Source of the DNA: the human T2T-CHM13v2.0 reference genome, Homo sapiens
Length of the DNA stretch: 64,000 bases
Direction: 5' to 3' (one strand)
NCBI RefSeq assembly: GCF_009914755.1
Contig: NC_060933.1
Below, piece by piece: positions 15,589-40,694 of this stretch (position 1 is the stretch's first letter; each line of letters opens with the position of its first letter). Below the pieces are notes generated by a model that saw only the letters and a list, made by a program, of their open reading frames with translations, did no database searches and had not been told where the DNA came from. Made by a program: the position numbers and the translations under genes.

Positions 15589-15720
15589 GACAAGGTCACC
15601 CAGGCTGGAGTGCAGTGACACAATCATAGCTCACTGCAGCCTCTAACTCCTGGGTTCAAGGGTTCCTCTTGCCTCAGCCTCCCAAGTCCCACCTGAGCCC
15701 CCCCAGATGCTAGGATTACA
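15589..15720 (-). mobile_element. AluJ/FRAM-like right-arm fragment
   Basis: cacccaggctggagtgcagtgacacaatcatagctcactgcagcctc carries J-type diagnostics. Confidence 0.75.
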
Positions 15721-15921
15721 GTCTTATTTCATTTAATAAAATAAATATATCTTGAGCATATCATTTTCTTTAATGTCTTTAATATTTTCCTTGATATGGC
15801 TGAAACACAGTTCATCTTCCATGCCATATTCTTGAATAGTTCGTATAATTTTGCTCTAAAAATGCTGATGCAAACCTTATATAATATAAATCTTTGCATA
15901 AATATATAGTTATATATGTAG

Positions 15922-16327
<406 letters not shown>

Positions 16328-16604
16328 AGAAATTCACACTTCTAAAAAATGTTTTAAGAGTGCCTCTTTTCCATATTGAATACGTCAGTTGTTTCCACCT
16401 TTTTGCTGTCGTGAATAATGTTCAAGTGAATGTTGGTTTACAAGTATCTGTTCAAATCCTTGTTTTCAGTCCTTTTGAGTATATACCACAGTTTCATTTT
16501 TGTTGCTTAAATTTTTCATTTGTCTAGAGTTTAGTAATTAAAAACACTTTTCTGAGGTATGATTAATGTACAATAAGCTACACATATTTAAAGTGAACAA
16601 TTTA

Positions 16605-16900
16605 GGCTGGGCACAGTGGCTCACACCTATAATCCCAGCACTTTGGGAGGCCGAGGCAGGCAGATTACCTGAAGTCAGGGGTTTAAGACTAGCCTGTCAA
16701 ACATGGTGAAACCCTGTCTCTACTAAAAATACAAAAATTAGCCAGGAGTGGTGGCAGCCGCCTGTAATCCCAGCTACTCCAGAGGCTGAGGCAGGAAAAT
16801 CGCTTGAACCAGTTGGCGGAGGTTGCAGTGAGCCGAGATTGCACCACTGCTCTCCAACCTGGGCAACAAGAGTGAGACTCCGTCTCAAAAAACAAACAAA
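16605..16900 (+). mobile_element. AluS (Sq/Sp-like), full length
   Basis: Dimeric Alu with ggcaacaagag; TSD ~agtgaacaattt on both sides. Confidence 0.88.
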
Positions 16901-17414
16901 GAGTGAACAATTTGATAAATTTTCACATTTGTATATACTTGTGAAACCATTATCACAGTCAAGATTAACACATCCTCAAAACTTTATTTATACCCCTTTG
17001 TAATTGTTTTTCCCTACCCCTTTCATTTCCTCTCTCTTCCAAACCATTGATCTATTTTCCATCACTGTAGTTTAGTTTGCATTTTTCTAGAGTTTTATAT
17101 AAACGTAATCATGCAGTATGTATACGTTTATGTCTGGCTTCTTGCACTCAGCCCAATTATTTGAATATATTCATGTTGTTTTGTATATTATTAGTTCATT
17201 CCTTTTTATTGCAGAGTAGATTCCATTGTATGCATATATAACAATTTGTTTAACCATTCGGTAGTTGATAGACATTTGAGTTATTACCAGTTTGGGGCTA
17301 CTAGAAATAATGCTGCTATGAACATTCATGTACCAGTCTTTATAAGGACATGTATTCCCATTTTTCTTGGGTAAATACCCAGGAGTAGAATGACTGAATC
17401 ATATGATAGTTGTA

Positions 17415-17800
17415 TGCTAGGGTTTGAATGTGTGTGTCCCTCCAAATTTCATAGATTGAAACCTAATTACCAAGGTGATGGTATTAGAAGTTGGAGCTTT
17501 TGGGGAGGTGATTAGGGCATAAAACCTCTGCCCTCATGAATGGGATTAATGACTTTATAAATAAGATGTGAAGGAGCTGTTTGCCCCTCCCACCATATGA
17601 AGACACAGCATTTGTCCCCTCTGGAGGATGCAGCAACCAGGTTCCATCTTGGAAGCAGAGACTGGGCCCTCATCAGACACAGGACCTGCCAGCACCTCGA
17701 TCTTGTACATCCAGCCTCAAGAACTGTGAGAGATAAATTTCTGTTCTTTATAAGTTGCCCAATCTGTGGTATTTGTTATAGCAGCATGAATGATTAAAAC
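17415..17800 (+). mobile_element. MaLR solo LTR (MSTD/MLT1A-like)
   Basis: tgctagggtttgaatg...gccctcatgaatgggattaa...ccagcctc.agaactgtgaga.ataaatttctgttctttataa...gttatagcagca. Confidence 0.85.
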
Positions 17801-18654
17801 TGTGTGTGTTTAATTTTTTTTAATTTCCAAACTGTTTTCCAAGATGGTTGTACTATTTCCATTCCTGCCAGCAGTGTATGAGAGTTTGTTTTCCTATATC
17901 TTTGTCAACCCTTGGTACAATCCTTTTTAATTTTAGCCATTCTAATATATGTGTAATGGTATCACTTTGGGGTTTTAATCCGTGTTTCTCTAATTAATAA
18001 TGATGTTGAGCATTTTTTCATGCACTCTGTGTCATCCATTTTTATGGTGAAGCTTTGTACAAACATTTTTCCTATTGTGTTAATTTTTAGAAACCAATTG
18101 AAAAGCAATTACCAAAAAGTGGTAAAGGACACATTACTTGTCTAGAAATCCATAAATGTTGGATTGTTTTCATCCTTATTAGTAAACTGATTCCAAAAGA
18201 ATGAGACTAATTTTCTGATGGCTTTTAGGAGTCTGGCACCACATTATGAGCTCTAAAATATTAATGTAAAAATATTAGATTGCCAAACAACTTTGAACCT
18301 TATGGTTTGTTGCATGAAAACATTATTAATGTGGCTTATAAAATACTACTGTATGAACAATGCAAATCTTTTGGAAAGTGTGTATCTCACAAAAATAAAA
18401 ATTATAACAAGTTAAAAAAATATCAAGTGACCATATATGTATAGGCCTAGTTCTGAATGCTATTCTGTTCCATTGATCTATTTGTCTTTGTTAATGTCAG
18501 TGACATTATCTTGATTACTGTAGTTTTATACTAAGTCTTGAAGTCAGGTGGAATAAGTAATCTTTTTCAGAGCTATTTTGGCTATTATAGGTCATTAATT
18601 TTAGAATACGTTTTTCAATTTCTGTAGTGGGATTTTAATTGGGATTGGGTTGAA

Positions 18655-18735
18655 TGTTGTTTTATTTGTCTATTGCTGCATAACAAATTACCACAAAATT
18701 TAGTGATTCAAAATAACATACATTTATTATTTCAC
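18655..18735 (-). mobile_element. MLT1E/F-type LTR, terminal ~80 nt only
   Basis: ctattgctgcataacaaattaccacaaaatttag...catttattatttcac. Confidence 0.7.
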
Positions 18736-18900
18736 CATGCTTGGCTAATTTTTTTTATTTAATTTTTTAATTTTTATTTTTTTAGAGACAGTATCTCACT
18801 ACATTGCCCAGGCTGGTCTTTAACTCTTGGCCTCAAACAATCCTCCTGCCTCAGCCTCTGAAAATGTTGGGATTACAGGTGTGAACCACCATGTCAGACC
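18736..18900 (-). mobile_element. AluJ left arm plus linker, truncated
   Basis: tagagacagtatctcactacattgcccaggctggtcttt; J-type. Confidence 0.75.
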
Positions 18901-19684
18901 AGTATCCGTTCTTAAATATTTGGTAGAATTCAGTAGTGAAGCTATCAGGTCCTGTACTTTTCTTTTTGTTGGGAGACTTTTTATTACTGTTTCAATCTCC
19001 ATATTTATTGTTGATCTGTTCAGATTTTCTATTTCTTCATGATTCCTTCTTGGTAGATTGTATGTTCTAGGACTTTATCCATTTCTTCTAGGTTATTTAA
19101 TTTGTTTGTGAATAATTGTTCCTGGTAGGCTCTTATGATCATTTGTATTTCTGTGGTATCAATTGTAATGTTTCCGCTTTCATTCTGAGTTTATTTATTT
19201 GAGTCTTCTCTCTTTTTTTCTTAATGTAACTAAAGATTTGTCAATTTTGTTTCTTTTCAAATAACCAACTCTTCCTTTTGTTCATATTTTTTGTTGTTTT
19301 TCTAGTGTCTATTTTATTTATTTAACCTCTAATCTTTATTATTTCTTTCCTTTCACTAACTTTGGGCTTAGTTTGTTCTTCTTTTTCTAGTTCCTTGAGG
19401 TGTAACATTAGGTTGCTTGAGATCTTTCTTCTTTTTTGATGTAGGCATTTATTGCTATAAACTTCCCTCTCAGAATTCTTTTTCCTGCATTTCATAAGTT
19501 TTGATATTGTGTTTCCTCTTTCATTTGCCTCAAGATATTTTCTAATTTCCCTTGTGATTTATTTGATCCATTGGTTATTCAGGAGCATGTTGTTTAATTT
19601 CCAGGTATTTGTGAATTTTTCCCAAATTCTTCCTGTTAACAAGTTCTAGTTTTATACCATTGAGGTTGGAAAAGATACTTGACA

Positions 19685-19759
19685 TTATTTCAGTCTTCTT
19701 AAATTTGTTATTTCACTCTTCTTAAATGTGTTATTTCACTCTTCTTAAATTTGTTATTT
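19685..19759. repeat. 23-bp tandem repeat, ~3.3 copies (ttatttcactcttcttaaatttg)
   Basis: Direct reading. Confidence 0.85.
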
Positions 19760-20612
19760 GTGGCCTAACATATTATCTATATTGAATAATGTTCCACGTG
19801 TGCTTGAGAGAAATGTGTGTTCAGCTGCTGTTGAATGAAATGTTCTGTAAATGTCTGTTAGGTCCATTTGGTCCAAAGCATAGTTTAAGTCCAATGTTTC
19901 CTTATTGATTTTCTGTCTGGATGATCTTCCCAACTGCTGAAAGTGGGGTATGAAGTCCCCTACTGTTATTTTACTAGTCTTATTTTTCCCTTTAGACCTA
20001 TTGATATTTGCTTTATATATTTAGGTGCTCCAATATTGGGTGCATATATGCTATATTTACAATGATTATATCCTCTTGATGAATTGACCTCTCCATCATT
20101 ATATAATGACCTTCTTTGTCTTATTTTACAGTTCTTGACTTAAAGTCTATTTTATCTGAGTATAGCTACCCTTCCTCTCTTTTTGTTCTCATTTGTATGA
20201 AATCTCTTTTTCCATCCTTTCACTTTCAATTTCTATGTATCTGTAAAGGAAAAGTGATTCTCTTGCAGGCAGCATACAGTTGGGTCTTGTTTTTTTACTC
20301 CACTCTGCCACTTTATGTCTTTTCATTGGAGAATTTAATCCATTTACATTCAAGGTAATTATTGATAGGTAAGGACTTACTACTACCATTTTGCTAATTG
20401 TTTACTAGTTGTTTTATAGACCCTTTATTCCTTTTTCCCTCTCTTGTTGTCGTCTGTTGAGGTTAGATGATTTTCTCTAGTGGTATGCTTTAATTCTTAC
20501 TCTTTATCTTTTGTGTATCTAGTCTAGTTTTTTTGCTTTGTGGTTAACATGAGGCTTACAAGAATATGTTATGATTACAACAGGTTACTTTAGCTGATAA
20601 CAAGTTAACTTT

Positions 20613-26784
<6,172 letters not shown>

Positions 26785-26990
26785 ACCTAATTGTCGATCA
26801 CAAGTTAACTTTGACTGTGTAAAAAAAACTCATCATGTTTACTTTACCCCCTAATTTATATTTTTTATGTCATAATTTACATCTTGTCTTTTAACTTTCA
26901 TACTAAGGATATAAATGATTTACATACCACCATTATAGTGTTAAAGTATTCTGAATTTGACTATGTACTTGCTTTTACAAGTGCCTTATA

Positions 26991-27410
26991 CAGTTGATGC
27001 TTGAGTAACACAGTTTTGAACTGCATGGGATCCACTTATTTGTGGATTTTCTTCTGCCTCTGCCACCCCTGAGACAGCAAGACCAACCCCTCTTTATTCT
27101 CCTCTTCCTCAGCCTACTCAACATGAAGACAATGAAGATGAAGACCTCTATAATGATCCACTTCCACTTAATGAATAGTAAATGTATTTTCTCTTCCTTA
27201 TGACTTTCTTTTCTCTAGCTTACTTTATTGTAAGAATACAAGATGTAATACATATACAAAATATGTGTTAATTTTGTTTATGTTATTGATAAACCTTTTG
27301 GTCAACAGTAGGCTATTGGTAAATTCTGGGGGAGTCCAAAGTTATATGCAGATTTTCAACTGCATGGGGGGGTCAGTGCCCCAGCCCCTACATTGTTCAA
27401 ATGTCAACTG
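26991..27410 (+). mobile_element. Tigger2a (MER28) non-autonomous DNA transposon
   Basis: TIRs cagttga..ttga / ttcaaatgtcaactg, TA on the left; internal ctctgccacccctgagacagcaagaccaacc. Confidence 0.88.
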
Positions 27411-27831
27411 CATATGTTTCCATGTTAATAATTAGCATCCTTTCTTTCAGCTTGAAAACCTCCCCTTAGCAATTCTTATAAGATGGGTCTGGGAGTAAAG
27501 AACACCTGAGCTTTTGTTTGTCTGGGAAAGTCTTTATCTCTCCTTAATTTCTAATGGACAGCTTTGCTGAGCAAAGTATAGTTCATTGTCAGTTTCTTTT
27601 CCTTGAGCACTTTGAATATATCATCCCACTGTCTTCTAGCCTGTAAAGTTTCTGCTGAGAAGTCTGCTATTAGCCTTATTGAAACTCACATATGTGCTAT
27701 GCTTCCTTTCTCTTGCTGCTTTCAGAATCCTGTCTTTGTTTTGTTTTTTAACAGTTTCATTATGATATGTTTTTGTATGTACTTGTTTAGATTGAATCTG
27801 ACTGGAGACCTTTGGCTTTCCTGTACATGTG

Positions 27832-27940
27832 TATTTTTTGAGTTGGAGTCTCACTGTGTTGCCCCGATGGTCTTGACCTCCTTGGCTCAATTGATCCTTT
27901 TGAGTAGCTGGAATTACAGGTGTGCCCCACCACACCCAGC
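27832..27940 (-). mobile_element. Degenerate Alu monomer (FLAM-like)
   Basis: gagtctcactgtgttgccc...gagtagctggaattacaggtgtg. Confidence 0.6.
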
Positions 27941-28035
27941 TCTGTACCTGGATAGTTACATATTTCCCTAGGCTTGGAAAGTTTTCTCCTATTATTTATT
28001 TAAATAAGCTTTATACCCCTTTACCTGTGATATCT

Positions 28036-32782
<4,747 letters not shown>

Positions 32783-33720
32783 TGACTGTATATTTTCAAG
32801 TAAACATTCTTTGAGTTCATATGTTCTTCCTTCTGCTTAGTCAGTTCTGCTGTTGATGCTATTGCATTTTTCATTTCATTCATCCTATTTTTTAGTGTGA
32901 GAATTTCCATTTGATTTTTAAAAAATCATTTCAGTCTCTGTTAAATTTCTAACTTTGGTTATTTATTTTTCTGGTTCTTTTGAATTGTTTCTCTGTTTTT
33001 TTTTTTTTTTTGACATTTGCTGAGCTTCCTTAAAAAACAATTACTTTAAAATATTTTGTCAGATAGTTCATAAATCTCCATTTCTTTTTAAATTATTTAT
33101 TTACTTATTTATTTATCTTTCTTTCCATTCCATAAGAAGCTGATTCCATTTATCTAGAGTCAGTTACTGGCGCTTTATTTTGTTTATTTGGTGTTGTCAT
33201 TTTTCCCTAATTGCTTTTGATTCTCATGGCCACGCATTGGTATCTGTACATTTGAAGAAGAAAAGATATATTTCAATCTTTGCTGACTGGCTTTGTCTGA
33301 GAAAGCCCTTCATCCATCAGCCCATTTGGAGATTCTGGGTAGGCTACATGGCATGGTTGTTTGGGGAGTTCTTGGGCAGGCTGGCTTGGTGCCTGCTGAG
33401 GGTAGGTCTGGCACCTGGGTCCATAGGGTATGTCCTGGAGCCTGGGTCCATGGGGGCTGGCTCAATGCTGGGGTGAGTAGGGATGAGCCTAGACCCTGGG
33501 TCTGCTAGAGCAGACCTGGACCCTGGATCTGCTGGAGCATGTGGCTGCAGGGGCCAGCCAAGAGGGTGAGGATGTAAGAACCATCCAAACACTAGGCAGG
33601 CCTGAAGCCTGTGTCTGTTGGTGCCAGCCTGGTGCCTGAGCCCAAGGGTGCTGACTTGGCACTGGGGCAAGCATGAAGCCTGGGGCTCTGTGGACCAGCC
33701 TGACTCTGGGTTGGTTTGGA

Positions 33721-35360
33721 ATCTTTTAGTTCTTTGTATTTCTGTTTAGCTCTTTGAGCATATTTAAGATAATTTTTTAAAGTCTTTGTCTAGTAAGTCT
33801 AATTCCTGTGCTTTTTAAAGGATAGTTTCTATTTATTTTCTTCCTTTCAATGGGTGGTGCTTTCATGTTTCCTTGTATGCCTAGTGACTTGTTGTTGTTG
33901 TTTGTTGTTGAAAATTGAACATTTGAAAATTCAGCTACCTCTCTCACACTCTGCAGACTGACTCTTTGTCAGGGAAGTTCTTTACTAATTAGGTAAGCAT
34001 GATCTACTTAGTTTAAAGTAAAAGGGATTAGCTCAGAATAAAAGTTGAAGGTTTCTAAGGTCTTTTCTGAGCACACATCTTGCCTGGGCCTGGGTGCCTT
34101 TTTCAATTCCTGGTTTACACAGCTGTTTTTTAATGTCTTGATCTCTCAAAAAAGTCTCATACAGCTACTGCTTGGGGCCTTTTACAGTTTACTATATATA
34201 TTTTCTCATAATCTCTTGCCCAGAGGGTCTGCAGTCCTCTTGAAGTTTTCATGAATGGCACTTGCTACTTCTCTCCACCTGAAGTCTGAGTTAGGTGACT
34301 CGGAGACCAGTCCTTCAGGCATCCCCTAAACATCCCCTAGAATGTTGCAAATAAGGGTTGCTCTGTTCCTTTCAGTTTGAGGGGGGAATTGAAAACAGGG
34401 CTGCCACTTCTTCCAGACCAAGACTGCCATACTGGAGAAGTGGTCAGGCAAGGGCAAGTAAAAATGTCATGAAATTTTCTACTGTTTTGAATATGGCTTT
34501 TTCTCTTTTGGACATTTGCTTGTTTTTTCTAGACCTTTGACTGTTTTCCAGATCTCCTATAAGGTTATGATATTTGTCAGTTTCTGGTTATTTTTGATGT
34601 TTCTGTGGAAGAAAAGGGCTTTGAGCTTCCTAGTCTACCATTTTTCCCTATAAATATTCATGCACTTTGTTTCCCAAATATGGCTCAGTTGCTTGGAAAT
34701 AGTTTGATTTTTTCAAGTAATCCTTATAAGCTTTATTAGGCAGACCCATAACTATTTAGGATTAATTTTTACTCACTACTAAGGTAAGGCCTTTGTTGCT
34801 ACTTTACCCAGTGTCCCATTTATTATGATGTTTTCTACTCTTGCTGTTGGCATAGGCACTCTACCTGCCTCTATGCATGATCTCTGGGTATTATACCCTT
34901 ATATTTTTCAAGTGTTGTTTTTTTTTAATCTCACCTCAGATACTTTTCTCCCATGCATATATCAACCAGTCATCTGCTGAATACCAGAGGGGAACTCTCT
35001 TCAAATCTCAAGAGTTCTCTTTGTGCCCATCTCTCTCTTCTCAGGTACTCTGCCCTGCAAATTCTAGCTGCCTAACCCTTCTGTGACTTGCACCTCCATC
35101 TTCTCAACTCATGGAGACTGCAAGGTTTTGAGTTTCCCCTCCTTGCACCACAGTCTAGAAACTGTCTACGCTGTAAGCTGACATTATTGTAGAGCACACC
35201 TCGCTGGTTTCCCATTTCTCAGTGATCACTGTCATTTATTGATTGATGTCTAATATCTTAAGAGTCATTGTATGTTTTGCCTAGTTTTTTAGTTATTTCA
35301 GAGTAGGGTGTATATGGGCCCTCTTGCTCCATCTTGACTGCAAGTGGGAGTCGTAGAAGA
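33721..35360 (-). mobile_element. Old L1M 5'-region fragments (L1MC/MD/ME-type)
   Basis: Motifs such as ctttgagcatatttaagata...aagtctttgtctagtaagtc and ctctgccctgcaaattctagctgcct; subfamily uncertain. Confidence 0.5.
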
Positions 35361-35425
35361 GTTGTAAAATTGTTTTCCCATAGTTCTGGCATGATTTTAA
35401 TTAGGATTTATTCCTATATATTTTA

Positions 35426-35483
35426 TTTTTGCTATTTTTACTTTTAATGGCAAAAACTGCAATTACTTTTGTACCAACCTGAT
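35426..35483. mobile_element. MADE1, right portion
   Basis: acttttaatggcaaaaactgcaattacttttgtaccaacct. Confidence 0.8.
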
Positions 35484-35710
35484 AAATGCTGTTTGAATCT
35501 ATGTATAAAGCTCTTAACCAGGATTAAAACTTTCATTTATTTTCCTTTGTTGCCATCATATGAACATAATAATTTTTATATCCTTCCTTCTATTTTTTTC
35601 TCTCTCTTATTTTTCTTATCTAATTTTATTGGTTAATACAAGAGTTCACATGCTCTTGATTTTAATGGGTCTGTAGTTATTGATGACTCTTATAATGAGA
35701 CCTTTAAAAG

Positions 35711-35734
35711 TGTGTGTGTGTGTGTGTGTGTGTG
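35711..35734. repeat. (TG)n microsatellite
   Basis: Direct reading. Confidence 0.9.
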
Positions 35735-35799
35735 CATGCACTCGTGTATGTATAATCATGTTAAGGATTCTATTTTATATTCAATTTCTATAAAGAATA

Positions 35800-36930
35800 C
35801 AAGTTGCATCCACTTTGGATAATAATGGGGTAACTGAGCCACATTAGCCCTCCTGTTGTAAAGAACTATAAAACTGGGCAAAGTACATGCACAAACTGGA
35901 CAATAAGCAGCCATGGACTGTGATCTCTTTACACAGGAGGAACACATGAGAAATGCTTCACAATTTCTGCCTGGGGGCATCTTGTAGACTACATGCAGAG
36001 AGGTAGGGGGTCCAAGCAGAGCACAGTTACATAGCCAAGCTTAGGAGCCAAAGATCAGCATTTCTGGCTGTTGAAGTAGGTGGAGTTTTCAGAGAAGGTT
36101 ACCTGAGAGAAGGCAGCTGGGCAGAAAAAAAATCACCAGGAAAATGCATAGTGTGCCTATTAAGTCTCTGGCCAAATGGTAACAGAATGAGACCCTGTAA
36201 GGTTTGGCTCAGGTCACTTGCTGGAGAGCTGTGAACTGAATGGAATTTCTGGAGGTTTCACAGTGCTGCTAGAGTTAGGAAGTCCAAGTGGTCAAAATGG
36301 AAATACCTCATTGAACACTATGGACACGCAAAGGCCACACTGTAGGGTAGAACTACTTTAGACCTAGATAAGGGCCACTTTAGTCCCACCTTTACAAAGG
36401 TTAGAAAATCATTGAAAAGGATCAAGCTGATCTGCCAGTAAATTGTCTGCCAGAGCAAATTTCAATATTTTTTAAATAAGAGGCAGAGGCACAGGAGGTA
36501 TAAGATTATCATAGAACTTCTTCTGTGCCATAAAGTCTAGAAGTACTCAAAGAATCATGAAGACATATCAAAAGGATACAGCAGCCATCGTAAAGAGGCC
36601 ACCACTGATCAAGTTGGGGATAATTTGAGCATACAAATAAATAATGATAATAATGTATATAACCCATTAAATAAAATAAGAATTAATTAGTCTATACTAA
36701 TGTAAACACGTATGGGAGAAGGTAAAGTTCTTTCTTACAGAAGAATGACAGTTTATAAATATAGAAGGAATTGACATTGGAAAATTTATAATGGTTGCTA
36801 AAACTAGTAGGTGAAAGTTTGATGAGGAACAGGATATTTTCATTGCCTCAGAGTATCTTCCCATAGGTTAAGGCATCACTTTAACCAAACCTAACATCAT
36901 CAATACTAGAACAAATCAAACCATATGCCT
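35800..36930 (+). mobile_element. Old L1M (L1MD/ME-type) fragments
   Basis: A-rich degenerate L1M-like sequence; subfamily not resolvable by eye. Confidence 0.45.
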
Positions 36931-36932
36931 CC

Positions 36933-37110
36933 TGTCTTAGACTATTCAGGCTGCCATAGCAAAATACAAACAAAACATTTATTTCTTGCAGTCCTGGAGG
37001 CTGGGAAGTTCAAGATCTGGGTGCCAGCATGACGGGGTTCTGGTAAGGGGCCTCTTCCAGGTTGCTTACTGCCAACTTCTTGCTGTGTCCTCACACGGTG
37101 GAAGGGGCAA
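36933..37110 (-). mobile_element. MLT1A/MST-type MaLR LTR fragment
   Basis: catttatttcttgcagtcctggaggctgggaagttcaagatc...ttcttgctgtgtcctcac. Confidence 0.75.
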
Positions 37111-38438
37111 GACAGCTGACACCCATGCAGGGAGCCCTAGCCAGAGGGAAATCACCCATCCCAGTAGTGAGAATTTGAGTTCCAGCAAGCCTCACCACCA
37201 CAGGCTTAAGTGTTCTAGGACCCTAAATAAACTCAAAACGTGGTCTAGACCACAGGAACTGCAACTCTTAAGCAAATTCTATTTCTGAACTAGGCTCAGA
37301 GCCAGTAGACTTGAGGGGCACGTGACCTACTGAGACACCAGCCAGGGCATCTAAGGGAGTGCTTGCACCACCCCTCCACAACCCCAGGCAGCACGATTTG
37401 TGGCTCCAAAAGAGATCCCTTCCTTCCACTTGAGAGGAGAGAGAAAAAAGGACTTTGTCTTGCAGTTTGGTGTCCAGCCCAGCCACGGTAAGATAGGGCA
37501 CCAGTCAGAGTTGTGAGGCCCCCATCCCAAGCCCTAGTTCCTGGACAACATTTTTAGACACAGCCTGGCCCAGAAAGGAACCTGCTACCTTGAAGGGAAG
37601 GACCTAGTCCTGGCAGGACCCATAACCTGCTAACTAAAGAACCTTTGGGCCTTGAATAACCAGCAGCAATACCCAGGTAGTATGCTGTGGGCCTTGGTTG
37701 AGACAGACTTGCTGGCTTCCGGTGAGACTCAGCGAATTCCCAGGTGTGGTGGCTATGGGGGAAAGTGCCTTCTGCTTGAGAAAAGTAGAGGAAAAAGTAA
37801 AGGGGACTTTGTCTTGCATCTTAGGTACCAGCTTGGCCACAGGGGGATAGAGCACCAAGCAGGTGCTTGGGATCCCCAGTTTCAGGCCTTGGTTCTTAGA
37901 TGGCATTTCTGGACCTGCCCTGGGCCAGAAGGGAGCCTACTGCCCTGAAGGGTGAGTCCTAGGCCAGACAGCATTCATCACAAGCTGACTGAAGGGTCCT
38001 TGGGCCATAAGTGTACATCAGCAATAGCCTGGGAGTGTGGTGGCCATGGGGTGAGGTTCCTCTGCTTGTAGAAAGGGGAAGGAAGAGTGGGATGGACTTT
38101 TTCTTGTGGTTTGGGTGCCTGCTCAGCCACAGTAGAATAGAGCACCAGGTAGATTTCTAAGGTTCCCAACTCCAGGGTCTGGCTCCTGGGCAGTATCTCT
38201 AGACTCACTGGGGGCTTGGAGGAACTTGACACCCTGAAGGGAAGGACACAAGCCTGGCTGGCTTTAGCACCTGCTGATTGTAGAGCCCTAGGGCCTTGAG
38301 CAAACATAGGTAGCATTCAGGTAATGGTTAGAGTGAGCTTTGGGCAAGACCCAGTGCCGTGGTGGCTTCATGTCTGACCCAGCACAGTCCCAGTGGTGGT
38401 GGCCACAGTGGTGCTTGTGAGCCACCCCCAGCTGGCTC

Positions 38439-38472
<34 letters not shown>

Positions 38473-39912
38473 CCATTTATTTGGGAGAAAGTAAGGGAAG
38501 AGAACAAGAGTCTCTGCCTGGTAATCCAGAGGATTCTTCTGGGTCTTATTCAAGATTACCAAGGTACTACTTCTACAGGTCTGCAAGAAGCACAGCATTA
38601 CTGGGCATGGGGTGCCCCCTAATGCAGATAGAGCTTAGATCACAACACCCAAGTACTTTTGAAGCACTGCAAAACCCTCCCAAGGAGGACAGGTACCAAC
38701 AAGCCCAGACTGCAGAGACTACAATAAATACCTGACCTTTCAATACTGAGACACCAACAAATATCCACAAGCATCAAGGCCATCCAGGACAACATGACCT
38801 CACCAAACAACCTAACTAAGGCACCAGGGACCAATCCTGGAGGAAACAGAGATATGTGATCTTTCAGGCAGAGAATTCAAAATAGCTGTTTTGAGGAAAC
38901 TCAAATAAATTCAAGATAAACAGAGAAGGAATTCAGAATTCTACAAGAGAAATTTAACAAAGCAATTGAAATAATTAAAAAGAATCAAGTAGAAACTCTG
39001 GAGTTGAAAAATACAGCTGACATACTGAAGAATGCATCAGAGTCTTCTAATAGCAGAATTGATGAAGCAGAAGAAAGAACTAGTGAGCTTGAATGCAGGC
39101 TATTTGAAAATACACAGAGAATACGAAAGAATAAAGAATAAAAAGCAATAAAGCACATCTACAGGATCCAGGAAATATCCTCAGAAGGGCAAATCTGAGT
39201 TATTAGCCTTAAAGAAAAGATAGAGAAAGAGATAGGGGTGGAAGGTTTATTCAAAGGGATAATAACAGAGAAATTCCCAAACCTAGAGAAGGATATCGAT
39301 ATCTAAGTACAAGAAGGTTATAGAACACCAAGCACATTTAACCCAAAGAAGACTTCCTCAAGGCATCTAATGAACTCCCAAGGGTCAAGGACAAAGGAAG
39401 GATTCTAAAAGCAGAAAGAGAAGAGACACAAATAACATACAATGGAGCTCCAATACATCTGGCAGCAGACTTTTCAGTGGAAACTTTACAGGCCAGGAGA
39501 GAGTGGCATGACATAAAGTGCTGAAGGAAAAAAAAAACTTTTACCCTAGAATAGAATAGCTGGTGAAAATATCCTTCAAAGATGAAGGAGAAATAAAGAC
39601 TCCCAGACAAATAAAAGCTGAGGGATTTCATTAACACCAGACCTGTCCTGCAAGAAGTTCTAAAGGGAGTACTTCAATCAGAAAGAAAAGGACATTAATG
39701 AGCAATAAGAAATCATCAAAAGGTACAAAACTCACCAGTAATAGTAAGTACACTGAAAAATATTACAACTCTGTAACTGTGGTGTGTAAACTACTGTTAA
39801 GTAGAAAGACTAAAAGATGAATGAATCAAAAAAATAGTAACTACAACTTTTCAAAACATGGACAGTATAATATATAAATAGAAACAACAAAAAGTTAAAA
39901 AGCAGAGGGACA

Positions 39913-40178
39913 GGCCAGGCGCAGTGGCTCATGCCTGTAATCCCAGCACTTTGGGAGGCCGAGGCAGGCAGATCACGAGGTCAAGAGATTGAGACCATCC
40001 TGGTTAACCAACATGGTGAAACCCTGTCTCTACCAAAAATATAAAAATTAGCTGGGTGAAGTGGTGCACGCCTGTAGTCCCAGCTACTCAGGAGGCTGAG
40101 GCAGGAGAATCACTTGAACCCGGGAGGCAGAGGTTGCAGTGAGCTGAGATTGCGCCACTGCAAAAAAAAAAAAAAAAA
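39913..40178 (+). mobile_element. AluSc lacking the last ~30 nt before the A tail
   Basis: gatcacgaggtcaagagattgagaccatcc (Sc-type); ends gcgccactgc-A17; TSD aaaaagcagagggaca. Confidence 0.85.
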
Positions 40179-40299
40179 GCAGAGGGACAAAGTTAAGGTA
40201 TAGAGTTTTTATTAGTTTTTTTTTTGTTTATGCAAACAATGTTAAGTTGTTATCAGCTTAAAATGATGAATTATAAGATAGTATTTGAAAACTTCATGG

Positions 40300-40653
<354 letters not shown>

Positions 40654-40694
40654 TCAAATCAAAAAACATACAATGGATACACAAAAAGTAAAAT

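Noticed and set aside
15397-15627. Poly-Arg/Glu/Gly ORFs
   Set aside because: Translation of the simple-repeat Alu tail.
19685-19759. Short direct repeats resembling a CRISPR array
   Set aside because: Head-to-tail 23-bp slippage duplication with no spacers, inside an L1 in mammalian DNA.
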